Below, piece by piece: positions 13,249 through 26,164 of a stretch of DNA of 64,000 nt. Each line of letters opens with the position of its first letter. The first letter of the stretch is position 1. The notes under the pieces are model-generated. The model did not search any database and had not been told where the DNA came from. It worked only from the letters and a program-made list of their open reading frames with translations. The translations under genes and the position numbers were made by a program. Source of the stretch: Octopus sinensis (Eukaryota); the NCBI RefSeq assembly GCF_006345805.1, contig NC_042998.1:4774001-4838000 (forward strand), in the 5' to 3' direction.

Positions 13249-13761
13249 ATATATATATACACTCACATATGTGTGTATTTATGCATATAATGTATGGCAT
13301 TAAAATAAATACTTTTTGTTGCAGATTTTTTATAGGCGCAGGAGTGGCTGTATGGTAAGTAGCTTGCTAACCTCACTGACTGAAGAGTGACTTTGCTTAC
13401 CGTACTACGGTTTGGACGCGTTTTCTTCCCGGTAAGAATTTTGCTGTGTTGTTAATTGTTGAATTCCTACTACTGAAAATTTGTCTTTAAACGTTGCTGA
13501 ACTGTCTTGTTCTCCGGTTTTACCGGGGAATAATTGGATAATTTCTTACCGTTGAACTGTTAGCCATTGTGGCTTTTTATTTACGTGACTATATATAGTC
13601 CTGCCAGACTATTTTCGTGCCCCTCCCCCGAATGGGGGTGGGAATTGGAATTTTTGAACTGCTTTTTTGAACTACTTTGGAAGAAAAACTTTCTATAGGT
13701 TTCCCAGTTTTGTGGGAAACCAATATTCGTAATTTTTGTGTTGTCTAATTTCAACAGAATA

Positions 13762-15167
13762 ATGTCTGTTGAAATTATTCACGAAAGTAGTGCTCTTGAG
13801 GAGAGCAAATGTTAAAAAATTTTCTGTGGTAGCCGCAGTGGCTACCGAGAACATTGACATCGATGTCAATCAGCTCGTCGAGCTATTTAAAAGAATGCAA
13901 GAGGAGGGTGGTGATGTTAAAATATCACCCTCCGCCAGTATCGTGGAGACCGAGAAGCGGACCGTAGTGTTTAAAACTTTCTGTCCACAAAGCAGAAGGT
14001 TCAAACACTTTGAAAAAAGCACCATCGAGAAATGCCTGTCCCCAATTTGGAAGGACATCGTGTACGTCGCCAGGGGACGGGCATATGGCACTGTGGATGT
14101 CCGCTTCTCGGAGGAAGAAATGGCCCGCGGGCATTCTGTGAACCCCCTAAAAACCAAGGAGGTGGTACTTTTCCTAAGCTATAGGGGACGCAGGACGTCC
14201 CGGGTCAGGATTGTAGAAGCCCCGCCGGAAGTAGATCCGGTAGATGTAGTGGCCGCCCTGTTATATAAAAGGGCGGACAAAATAAAAATACTAGAAGTAA
14301 CATGCTCTACCCCTCGATTTTGGCTAGGGCGTAACATTAATATATTAATTCAAGGAACAGCGGAGGACCTGCAGCTCCTTCCTGAGAGGGTGCTCGTGGG
14401 CGAGAACGTAGCCCTCAGGGTACAGGTCGAAGGCCGAAAACCCCCCTGTTACGCCTGCGGCAAAAAGGGCCACATTCGTGTAGACTGTCCAGACAAGCAA
14501 AAGAAACCGCAGACACCAGGCCCCTCAGATAATAAAAAAGTCCCTACCCTTACAAACACACCTACCCCTACAAAAACAAAAAATCCCACTCCTGCTGTTA
14601 CGGTGCCAACCCCAAAACAGACTGAAGAAAAAACCCAGCCCTCGCACTCACAAACCCCTACACTATTAAAACCTCCCACCCCCCTAAAAACTGCGGCGCC
14701 TACCGAACAAACTATTGCTACCCCAGACGATACCATGGAGGTATCAGAGGGGGGATTTACACCAGTTCGTAAAAGAATTCGTGCAGCATCCCCTTCCACA
14801 TCCCCTACAAAAAATAATAAAAACAAAGACACACCACAGACACGGAAAAAAAAAATCCCGCTCAACTGGCCCAGAAAAAGAAGACAAAAAAGAAAATGAA
14901 CTCATATTAATTGAATTCGACACACAAGACAAATACATAAACGATATTGTGGTTCAGCATCAGTCAGCAAGACTGTACAACAAATACAAAGATCGAAATA
15001 GACACGCGTGGATTGCGGAAACAACGTTCAAACAATTAAAAGACAGACACCCAAACGCCATCCGGCATATCGCGAACTTGCCGGGCTATCTGAAGAAAGA
15101 GGAGAAAGAAGGGGCCCACAAACGTGTGGTGAGGTCGGCCCCCTCCTCTCCAACGAAATGTAAATAG
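13762..15167 (+). pseudogene. Tx1 ORF1 (gag-like; RRM-like region, CCHC knuckle, Pro/Thr-rich linker), apparently with two frameshifts
   Basis: CYACGKKGHIRVDC (CX2CX4HX4C) at 14447-14488. ATG 13762 is out of frame with the 13769-14899 ORF. The coding-like tail continues in another frame after the A10 run at 14846-14855 up to 15167. Confidence 0.75.
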
Positions 15168-15184
15168 AACTTTTACTTTTTGTA

Positions 15185-18100
15185 ATGGCTTCGCTTAACC
15201 TTGGTTGTTTAAATGTACGTGGTCTGAGTTCGAAGTGGAAGCAGGCTTGTTTCCTCGACGACCTCAGATCACATGATATACATGTGATGGTTGCTACAGA
15301 GACCAAGCTGGACAGCCTACAAACCTTCTCGCCTCTCCTGAATGGCTACGAGAAAATCATGTCTCCTGGCCAGACCGGAGGGCGAGGGGGCGTAGTGGTA
15401 CTGATCCGTAAAGACTTGGCTCTACAGACAAGTACAGTCTATGTAGACCCAGAAGGTGGGCTGGTCGTCCTTGATGTGACATACAGCAGTAAGGCCTTCA
15501 GGTTGATCGGACTCTATGCACCTTGTGCTAGAGGTTTCCAAACTGATTTTTATCGGCGCCTAGAGGACTTTCTCGTGACGTCGAAGACTTTAGTGATATT
15601 AGGGGACTTTAATGCTATCGTTGACGTACACATCGATAGCGTTGGCTCGATCTATAGGAAAGTGAACTCACGTCTCGTGGATCTGCTTAAGCGGTTTCAG
15701 CTAGCAGATCGTTACAGACTTGACCATCCGAACGTCCCAGAGTGGACCTGGATGAGTGCCGACGGAAGGTTCAAGTCTTATCTAGACAGGATAGTGATAA
15801 GAACTAGAGATAAGTCTAGTTTTAGTTGTCCACAGCTCGTCCAGGTGCCCTATACTGACCATAGAATGGTCACGTGTAGACTGGACATAGATAGCACACT
15901 TAAGATAGGAACCGGCTACTGGAAGCTGAACAAGTCTATTTTGACACGCGAGGCATACCGTAGCCGGATTAAGGTGTTAGTGCAGAGGTCGTTAACCGGA
16001 GCCGTGGTTAATAACCGGTGGTGGTTCACCCTCAAAAGAGCCATTCGATTCGAGTCCATTAGATTTAGTAAACAACTAAGACTAGATAGGGCTAGAATAG
16101 AAGGGCAACTAGTTAAGAACTTAGAGGAGGCGTTGAGGTTGGGCTCTGCATCTCACATTTTAGCGGCGAGAACGGCATTAGACCGTCACCTCAAAACCAA
16201 ACATGAGGGATGTAGAATCCGGGCTAAAGTACGAGCATTGGGCCGTGAGGGAATTAATGTTGCCGGATGGGCCCGTACGATAGAAACACAGCGTGGAAAC
16301 GATGCCACAATTGGGTCTCTTGTTGATGAAAACGGATGCACGATCAAGAACCGGGACGAGATGTGTGAGGCACTTCACAAGCACTTCGCCGAGTTGTTCG
16401 GGATGTGCGGGACGCTGGATCATGGTGAGGCCCTTAGGGACTTCCTGTCTGGTGGCCCGCGCCTCTCGACACGAGAGGCTGAGTGCTGTGAAGGGCCAAT
16501 CACAGCCGAGGAAGTAATCGAGGTGTTGGGCAAGTGCCCCGGGGAGAAGTCGCCGGGTCTCGATGGTCGGCCCTATGAATTTTATAGAAGTATGCCAGAC
16601 TTGTTCGGGCACCTGCTGGCTACCGTCTACGCCAACTGGCAGCAGAATGGGAGAATTTCCAAGTCTGCGAGCCGAGGGGCGGTGACGTTGATCAGGAAGG
16701 ACCCGAACAAGGGGGACGAGATAGGGAACTTCAGGCCCATAACTCTGTTAAACACAGAGTTAAAGATTCTGGCCAAGGTGCTAGCAAAAAGGTTGGCGCG
16801 GGTCGTGGACAAACTTGTCGGGGAAGCGCAAACGTGTGCTATCCCCGGCAGAACGATCCACGACAATCTCCACCTTATACGCTACTCCTTACAGAGGGTG
16901 GGGAAGCTTTCTGGCGCAGGGGGAGCACTGGTACATTTAGACCAGTCCAAAGCATTTGATAGGGTCGACCATCGGTACCTGGCGGCGGTCCTCGGAGAGG
17001 CTGGCCTAGGCCCGACCTTTCGAGGTTGGATCGCTGCTTTGTATAGCGACATCGAGTCTGTAGTCAAGGTGAACGGTTCCTTTTCGAAGCCGTTCAGGAT
17101 CGAGCGTTCAGTTCGTCAAGGGTGTCCCCTGTCCTCGCTCCTATACGTATTGGCTCTTGAGCCTTTGCTGCGGAAGTTGGAGGCACTAGGGGGCGCGCCG
17201 CATGATCTATGGTGTGGAAGAGGAGCTACGGCGTATGCGGATGACACCTCCATCATCGTGGCAGACGAAGGCCAGCTTCCAGTGGTGGAAGAGGCCATCA
17301 AAAGCTACGAGGCGGTGGCAGGAGCAAAGGTTAACAAGGACAAGTCGGTCGGTTTGCAACTCGGCACCTGGAGGGGCAAGCCGATGCCGTCCAATAACGT
17401 CGTAGGGCGTTGGACGGAAGGTCCTGTTAAGCTTTTCGGAGTCTGGTTCGGGCCACACCTCCAGATTGAGAAAAATTAGAGTGAGGTGGCCAACAAGGTG
17501 ACCGCTCTAACCCAGACCTGGTCTGGGCGGGCGTTATCCCTGCTAGGGAAGGCGGAGGTGGTGCAGATGTTTATAGCATCAGTAATCACCTACCGTCTGA
17601 CCGTGGTGCCTTGCCCCGATTTGTGGCTGAACAAGTTGGAGAGAATCCTTTTCCGATTTTTGTGGAAAGGAGGAAAGCCACTTGTAAAGCGCTCTGTCTG
17701 CTGCCAGAAACCGCTAAAGGGTGGGCTAGGGATGCCTTGGCTGAGGATGCGAAAACTCGCGTTAAGGTTGAGGCACCTCTGGCTTTACCTGGATGGAGAG
17801 CAGGTGTGGTCGCCGCACGTCCGGTTCTACCTTCCCCAGTTAACATCCCTAACGGACATCGGTGCATGGATCAAGCGGAGACCTAAACTGAGTGAATGGT
17901 ATTTGGAGTGCCGTCAGGCGCTCCAGCTACTATCTCGGGTGGGCAACGCCGGCAACAGGAGTTCCACCACGGATTTCTATAGCGGGTTAGTGGAGATTAA
18001 GTCCGAAGACGCCTTGGGGGAGACCCTGGGCTACGATGAAAATCAGTTGGTCAACCTGTTCCGAAGGACGTTCGGGCCGGGGTATCTGGATAATTACCAG

Positions 18101-18562
18101 AAATCCCTGGCCTGGCAGTGTTTCTGTGCGGCTTTACCTGTTCGCGACAAGCTGTCAAGGCACGGTAGTGCCGTCTCGCCGACATGCCCGCGATGTGAGC
18201 AGGATAGGGAGACCGTCTTGCACGCATTCGTGGAGTGTCCGGAGTTATCGGGACTGATAGCTTTTGTTGAACAACTGTTGTCAGTGATGGGAAGAATACA
18301 GCTATCAGCTGAGTCTATCATCGAGATTGTGCCGCCCCCTTTCCTTAACAGGGAAAGAAAGGGTTGTTTTTTCTGTGTAGTAGCCATACTGAAAGAAACG
18401 GTATGGAAGACGCGTACGAAAGGTATAGTGACAGGCACCTTTGTCTCCGGCCAGGGGTTGATTAACTTTTTTAGTTACCACCTCAGTAGCAAAATAATGC
18501 TGGAGAAGAACTGTCTGTCACAAGATATGTTTGTGAAAAGATGGAAGCCTGTGGCATACTAG
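15185..18562 (+). pseudogene. Tx1 ORF2: APE endonuclease, reverse transcriptase and C-terminal zinc finger; one in-frame TAG at 17477-17479
   Basis: APE motifs LNVRGL, ATETK, GDFNA, YLDRI, TDHRMV; RT motifs FRPITLLN, DQSKAFDRV, VRQGCPLS, YADD; CPRC...HAFVEC. ORFs 15185-17479 and 17486-18562 share one frame. Confidence 0.93.
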
Positions 18563-19879
18563 ATGGGTATGTTTGGCACCAGGTAAGTGTGACCGGATCA
18601 GAAAGTAAAGGTTCTACCCGGATGGCTGGGTGTCCGTCCTTCGACATGATCATTAATATTTTTAAACATTGCCTTCGTAAAATTCATTGTTTATAATCTT
18701 ATCTGTAATTTCATTCGAAAATTGTAACTGTGTTAAGCTACTTCACCCTTTATATTTGTCTGTCCTTGTTTGTCCCCTCTTTGTAAATGCCTAAATGGCA
18801 AATTATATGAAATAAAGTAGCTTGCTAACCAACCACATGGTTCCGGGTTCAGTCCCACTGCGTGGCATCTTGGGCGAATGTCTTCTGCTATAGCCCCGGG
18901 TCGACCAATGCTTTGTGAGTGGATTTGGTAGACGGAAACTGAAAGAAGCCCATCGTATATATGTGTGTGTGTGTGTTTGTCCCCTTAGCATTGCTTGACA
19001 ACCGATGCTGGTGTGTTTACGTCCCCATAACTTAGCGGTTCGGGAAAAGAGACCGATAGAATAAGTACTGGACTTACAAAGAATAAGTCCCGGGGTCGAT
19101 TTGCTCGACTAAAGGCGGTGCTCCAGCATGGCCGCAGTCAAATGACTGAATCAAGTAAAAGAGTGAGAGAGAGAGAGTTTTGTAATATTAAGTGCTTTTC
19201 GACCGAATTCATCAAAAGAGGAATGAGATCCAATGTTTTAGTACGTAGGAAACTAATGCAGGAGTGTGTATTAGCGGCACAAAAAGTGTCATAGGGGAAA
19301 AACCTTCCTAATGGTAGGATTGTTGAAGGCCAGAGAAAACAACGTTCGTTGCGAATAAAATATAAACAACTCAGTGCATCTGTAATATCAGCTTTAATTA
19401 AAATAAGTGAATATGCAAATGTACATATGAATAAACGAAACAAAAATTACTTCAACAATATAATATAAATGATATGTAAGTGTTAGTTGACCAAGAGTGA
19501 GGAGATCAGAGAAATATAAGTGGCTTAGAAGTAAAATGAAAAACGGAGAGAAAAATAGGAAAGAAGGGAAATTGCCAATTTCAAAGGGAAAATCTTACAA
19601 AATCTTGTATGTTTGCAACTCAAGTTAACTTTCTATCCGATGATTTTACGATAGTCTTCTTGCATCTAAGAATCGTTGTGATAAAGTTTCTGTGTAAATC
19701 TTTCCTAACTTCATCATGTCTCCGTTACAGATCGACTTGGGGCATCCTACAAACATTTCTTCATCCTAACTTCCACATACTCTACATTTTGCCGTCACTC
19801 TCCTTATATTCATATTTTCTTAAGCTGTTTGCAGTGCTTGGTTTTGGGGAGCTATAATAAGGCTCTCCCCCTTTTCAAT

Positions 19880-20380
19880 GGTCGAAGACTTCAAATATCT
19901 CTGTGCATTGCATTGTTAACTTCACCAGAGAGAGAACTAAAGACCAAAAAGGCTCAAATCTGGAATGCCATCAGCAAACAAAGCAGGATTTAGCGGTCAT
20001 CACTCCCGAGAAGACAAAATGTAATGTTCTTCAAAATAACAGTTGAAAGTGTGCTACTTTACGGATCCAAAACTTGGACATTGGCAAAATCACTGCAGGA
20101 GTAACTAGACGGATGCACCCACCCGGCTACTCCGATACTCACTGAATATCGAATGGCAACAGAGGGTGACAGATAAAGACCTCTACAGGGACCTTCTATC
20201 ACTTCTACCGGGCCAGGAATGACTGCATCAGGGATGTGTTACTCTGCGAATTAACGCATAGCTGCTGGAGAAGAGGTCGACCGGCTACATCATATGTTGA
20301 CGAATTAGTGATTGGTAGCAGCCTGTCGGTTCCAGAGTTCAAATGGGCCGTGGGAGACTGGAACGTCTGTTTAGATCGAA
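19880..20380 (+). pseudogene. Degraded RTE-clade LINE 3' fragment
   Basis: DFKYL...FFKITVESVLLYGSKTWTLAKSLQE*LDGC matches the RTE VESVLLYGxETWTL...LDG motif. Confidence 0.7.
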
Positions 20381-21865
20381 GAAACTTAATCTAAAAGAAT
20401 AGATTCAAATGTGGCGGAGCAATATTAATTTCGGAATATTATATTAAAATTTAGATTAAAAACAATTCCCTGACTTCCACCATTAAAAAATATATTAAAC
20501 ACTATAGTAACAATTGTTATTAAATCGCAGTATAATTCCATTCCTTTTTAATTAACAATAACGTACATACATTCCGTAACGCATCCAAAATATTTGTAGG
20601 TTTCACTGAACAAATAATTTTATGAGATAAATTATCACCAAACAACTTTATATTAACCAGGTTATTCAGTTTGCTGGAAAGATGGAAACATAATCGATGA
20701 GGTTAAGGATCCGAACAATTTATGTTACGCTATGAAAACCTTTGAAATGCTAGATTATCACAGAGAACGCGGCTTTTGTATATTTAATCCGTTTCGTTCA
20801 AGTGCATCAACATTTGTTGAATTTTATTGAGTTTTACTTGCAATGCACTTCTAAATTATAGCAATAACAATTTTATGATATATTACTTCCATATTCTAAA
20901 AAATTTCAATAGAATTTGTTCTATCATCAGATAATGATACGCATTGAACATTATTCACATAAATATTTTTCACAGTTCCATTTATACATAGAAACAAAAT
21001 TTTGATTCGTATTGCAAGGTTGAATAAAGAATAATTTAGATACATAGAGACAGACAATTCTATAGTCACAAGAATTTGCAGTACAAACAAAGAACGTATT
21101 ATCGTATGTATACCGCATGCATACTTAAACAAATTTAGCCAACATACAAAGGAAAATCAATAATTTAAATGCCGGACTTTTAACAGATCTTAATCAATGC
21201 TTGTATTGCATAAATATATAGGCAACGATTTTCCATATCGAAGTATTTTCTATGAACAATATACAAGGACATATACATAGTCGAAATTAAAACATAATTT
21301 TACTCTGCAGTAGGTAACAGAGGATATATCGTTCGTTTCGGACAGTGTTTTTTGAAGAAATAAGAAAGAGAAAAACCATCCGTTGGCATAAACATTGCGG
21401 TGTTATGACATCATACTCTGAATGGAATTTGGAAGAAAAAACATTACACAGACACAACAAATTTTGTCTTTCGATATAATGGATGAGTGAAACTGAACAG
21501 ATTATTAATGTGTGTGAGCATGTGCGTGGTGGTCTGCGGATATAGTTGCATGGATGTACGTAGCTAGTATGAACGGAAAATATTCTTTTGTTTTGTGCAA
21601 TTGTGTGAATTGAATATAACAGCGCATACTGTGTGTTAGCGTTTGGCAGGGGGCTGAATGGTAATGGTCAAACAACAGAGGGTGATTACTAGTGTGTAAG
21701 GAGATAGATTTGCAAAATGTGGTAGGAGACAGTTGACTAGAACAATAAGGTGATGAGATTATTGACAAATACATAAAATGAATCATTGCCTTTTGTGTAA
21801 CTTGGACGCAGCGGAACGAAAGTGTAGATTTAAACCGCAAATGAAGTGATGATAATGGTCTCGGA

Positions 21866-23833
21866 CACTGTCTGCCAAACTTTTTTTTACCTTACGAGAC
21901 TGGGCGAGGACAATATATTTTGCGGTTCACCGAATAAAAATCCCAACAAATTTGAATATACTTTATTAGTAATTATAAAAATAAACAATTTCTTATAGTA
22001 ACAATAAATTAACATTGTTTTATAAACATATAATATATATATATATATATATGTGTGTGTGTCGTATCTTGCGAAAGGATTGATGATCCACTCGTACATT
22101 TGATAATCAAGTGATGGAAAATACGTAGAAAATTATACAGAGAGGTTTTCTGCTGTCTTCTGTACTTCTGACAAAATTTTTAATTTGTCTGGAAAACCTT
22201 CTGTGCTTGGGAAGCAATCAAGCTTCGAGGTTTTAACTTTCCTTATCCACAGTTCTAAATTGTCGGTGAAAGACTTTAATTTGCCTGTAACTGTAATAAT
22301 ATTTTCATTCTCTCCTTACAGACTCAAATTTAAAGCGTTCAATTTCTCAAAAAGATCGTTGAGAAATGCTACTTTCAGTCACCAATTATCACCGTTAATA
22401 AATTCAAATGCAGAATTTCCAGCATCGAAGAAACATATTATTTCATTTCGCAAAGAGATAAATCAACAGAGCACTTTTCCTTTCGAGAGCCATCGCACTT
22501 CTGTTTGAAGCAGTAAAATCTTAAAATCAGAATCCATAGTTTCACATAGGGATGCAAAAAGTTTGCACCGTAGGGAATGCTATTTTATGTAGCTCACCAC
22601 TTTAACAATATTATCCATCGTCTTCAGGGACCATCAGGTAGATATTTTGAGACCAAAGCCTCGCGGTGAATCAGGCAATGTACAATCTTAACTTGTTTTT
22701 TATAACACATAAGCCACGAAGCCCTTTTTTTCGACCCTGCATGGATCGAGCGCCATCAGTGCAAACGCAAATACCAGTCTGCCACTGCATCCCTTTCAAT
22801 ACGACATTGTGGTTTACCAGGTTAAAAACATCTTCTCCTATCGTTCTTTCCTTCAATTCACAAAAAAACAAAAACTGACTTATAATTTTACCACCTCTGA
22901 TAATTCGCAAAAATGACATTTGTTGAGCTTTGTTTCTGATGCCTGTGCTTTCATCGATTCGTAAGGCCCACAAATGTTCGAGTTCATTCTTTTGCTTCAG
23001 TGGAATGTTCGCAGAAATTGATCATCAATGCGCGAAATGTCTTGAATTTTACGAGAAATCGTGTGTGCATACAAAGAATGGTCTTAATTCGTTTGACGGC
23101 TTCATCACTAATCATTGTGCCAACGGCGATCTCCAAGGCTGGTAAAATACTGTTTTCGGTATCAGAATGTGGTTTTTTTCTTCTTTGCCAAAAGCTGTGT
23201 AATTTTGTAACTAGCGATTTGAGTGAAATTTCTCCAGCTTTTTTCATTGAAACTTTAAATTATTTTTTAGCATTTCAAAGTATTCCTTTAGGTTGTTCTT
23301 ATGTTGCGGATGATTCGTTAATAAATGACGTTAAATTTTACTGGGAAACATCGCTTCATTTGAGAGTGCTGTTAAACATATCATACAAATAGGAACCGAG
23401 TTGTCTTTTTCCGATAATATAAAACCATATTGGATGTAATATTCAGTATATATATATATATATTTGTTGTTTTTTTTATGAGATGGACTCTTTATTCTGG
23501 TATTCGTCTCGTTTGCTACGACTCTCTTTCTCAGTTTTCTGAGGTCTCAATAAAAATTTGTCCAAAGTTAAAAATCGATTACAGTTAACATAATATAATT
23601 TATGTATATTATAAATGAATTAAAAATTAAAACTACTAGGACTACTAAACAATTTACTTACAGAAATTCCCGGGTTAAATGCAGAAATGTAACTATTTTA
23701 CGATTTATAAAATGAATTTATATTTACGCTCGAACTTTGCGAATGTCCTTGGATAGTTGTTTCCCGAAAATCCCGAAGATATTTTTCACGGCACTCCAGT
23801 AATCTCTCGCGGCACACAGTTTGGTAGACACTA
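21866..23833 (-). mobile_element. Degraded, internally deleted hAT (Buster/Charlie-type) DNA transposon
   Basis: Remnants ALRIDEST, CVCTDGARSMQG, KKPHSDTENSILPA; imperfect 15-bp TIRs (cactgtctgccaaac at 21866; gtttggtagacacta at 23819-23833); partial 8-bp TSD gtctcgga/gtctagtg. Confidence 0.8.
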
Positions 23834-24913
23834 GTCTAGTGGACTAAAATGTCGTAATGACCAAGTGAATTAACGGGCTAGTGATCGTTGTGGTCTACAC
23901 TTGTTACAGTAACGCTTTGAAGACGTTCTATGAATTATGTGGAGTTTTTAAACACGCAGGCATTGTGTCTATGTGCGTGTGTGTGTGTCTATGTGCGTGT
24001 GTCTATGTGCGCGTGTGTGCGCTTACGTATCGGTATATATATATATATATATAATTACACACACACACACACTCTTGCTATATAAGGTATAGTTATATTC
24101 AGTAACGAAAGAGACCGTTCCTTTGATGTATCAAACCAAAAATCATATTAAAGGAAATTTGTTAGAAATACCTATTATACGTAATTTCTTGGAGCTAAAC
24201 ATAAATATAAATGTGACTACAACGACAAAAAGAGGGAACTCAGGTAGACGTCAATACCAAAATTCTATGGAAAAGAGGATACAGAATGTTGGCATCGTCT
24301 TGAATGAAAATAATGCAACTTTAAAAATAACCTTAAAATTGATAAAATTTACTGCATGACAATATTAAACTACGTATCTCTTTATTTTTTATTTAAAGTT
24401 TAATAACTTGCTTCTGTACGTTAATATGGTCGGTGTAAAACTGAGAAAACAGCCTGTATATATCTTCTTAAACTCAATTGCTATCAATTGTTGAGACTTA
24501 AATACTTACACTTCACGCAAAGAAATACATGAAACCTAAATAAGTGTTTTCCTACAATTTCTATTTTCTGAGATTATAGGTAATATATCAGGTTAAATGT
24601 GTACATCAGCATATTTTTATTGCACCTTATATGAAGTAGGTTACAAGAAAGAAAATGTATTCCTTCAGACTCAATTTATTCTAGAAATGATATATTACTT
24701 ATAAAGATATCTGTATTATACCAAAGTATGATGGATATTCAATACAAGAAGGGTACCTTGCAAATTCAAATTATAAGTGAAAAATAACCTTCGTTCAGTA
24801 AGAAGAAGATGATAATCATTTCTTCACAAATGATTTTCGGCCATGATAGATGGGTCTAACATTTTTATTTAATCAGTATTGCAACTGTGGTTAATGTTCA
24901 GGTGCAGAATATA

Positions 24914-26164
24914 TCAGATTGAGTAAAACGAAAGCAACGTCTTGAACTATGAAGAATTTGTACCGGAGTTTTGCAGTTTTGAAATTTTTTAAAACATTTG
25001 TTTTGCAATTGACTGATAATACAGACATAGACTTGTCCAAATGCATCAATAAATTAACGTTGATATTTGTTCACCAGTCGTCGGAAATTGAACTGTCAAA
25101 GTGCGATATTCGAGCAATTTTGCTATTCACCTTAAGATGTAAAGCAGCTGAAACTGCTCACGATATCAACAAAACGTTTGGTAAGAAAATGACCAGTGAG
25201 TGGTCAGCTCGAAAATGGTTCAAACGATTTCGCAGTGAAGACCTAAGCCTTGAAGATCGTGAGTGTAGTGGATGCTTATCTGTCATCGGTGACGGTCAAT
25301 TAAAGACCGTCATTGAGAGAGATTCATGTAAAACCACTCAAGAACCGGCAAAAGAACTTCATGTGCGCCAGAAAACTGCCTGCAACCATTTACATGCGAT
25401 CAGAAAATCAAAATAGTTCGACAATGAATGAAAATCGGAAAATGCGCAGATATGAAATTTGATCGTCGCCTTTTCTCCGTAACAGACCGATACATTTCTC
25501 GACCTTATTGTAACATATGGTGAAAACTGGGTTCTGTACAATAATAAAATTCGTTCTTCGCAGTGGTCGGACGAAAATGAAGCACCGAAAACCTTCCTTA
25601 AACTCAAGCTCTTCAGAAAAACGGTGACTATGGTGACTATTTGTTGGTGTAGTGCTGGACTCAACCGCTATAACTTCTTAAAACCCGGGAAAAACATTAC
25701 CGTAGAAATATATTGCAATAACATTGTGAAAATGAGCGAAAAGCCGCTACTCCTCTGTCCCAGACTGGTCAGCAGTAGAGAGCCAATTATTCTTCATGAG
25801 GATGCGCGAACACATTTCACTAATGACGCTCCAGAAGTTGAGGGAACTTGACTAGGAAGTTATTCCACAGGTAGCTGATTCCCCAGACATTACTCCTACC
25901 GACTATCATTTTTCAAGCATCATGATGGTTTCCTGCGAGAGCAGGAGTTCAAAAATGAAACCGATGCCGAAAGTGCATTCAATGAGTTCATCACCTCCAG
26001 AACTCCAAATATTTATGTTACCGGAATAAACAAACTAGTAACTCGTTGGCAAAAATCTGTTGATTGTAATGGTATATATTGTGATAAGTAAAATTTCCGC
26101 GGTGTTGAAATATATTGTGATGAATTTCATGTTTCAAAACGTTGCTTAATTTTTACTCACCCTG
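24914..26164 (+). mobile_element. Full-length but decayed mariner transposon
   Basis: HTH region (AAETAHDINKTFG...ARKWFKRFRS), TYGENWVLYNN, ILHEDAR and PDITPTDYH remnants; TIRs tcagattgagtaaaa..aagcaacgt and its inverse ending at 26164; TA at both ends; ~1.25 kb. Confidence 0.88.

Larger units (their letters stand above)
13373..18814 (+). mobile_element. Full-length Tx1/L1-clade non-LTR retrotransposon (5442 bp)
   Basis: Two ORFs; 16-bp TSD AAGTAGCTTGCTAACC at 13357-13372 and 18815-18830; ends at AATAAA with no poly(A) tail. Confidence 0.92.
13335..19164 (+). mobile_element. SINE family 1 copy split by the Tx1 insertion (13335-13372 and 18831-19164)
   Basis: Joining the two parts reproduces the intact SINE seen at 10853. 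Confidence 0.9.

Noticed and set aside
13870-18438. Antisense and alternative-frame ORFs inside the Tx1
   Set aside because: By-products of GC-richer coding sequence; no motifs.
20896-21132. Hydrophobic 78-aa ORF and a CTGATGA...GAAA motif on the minus strand
   Set aside because: No recognisable domain or donor site; the motif lacks stems I and III.
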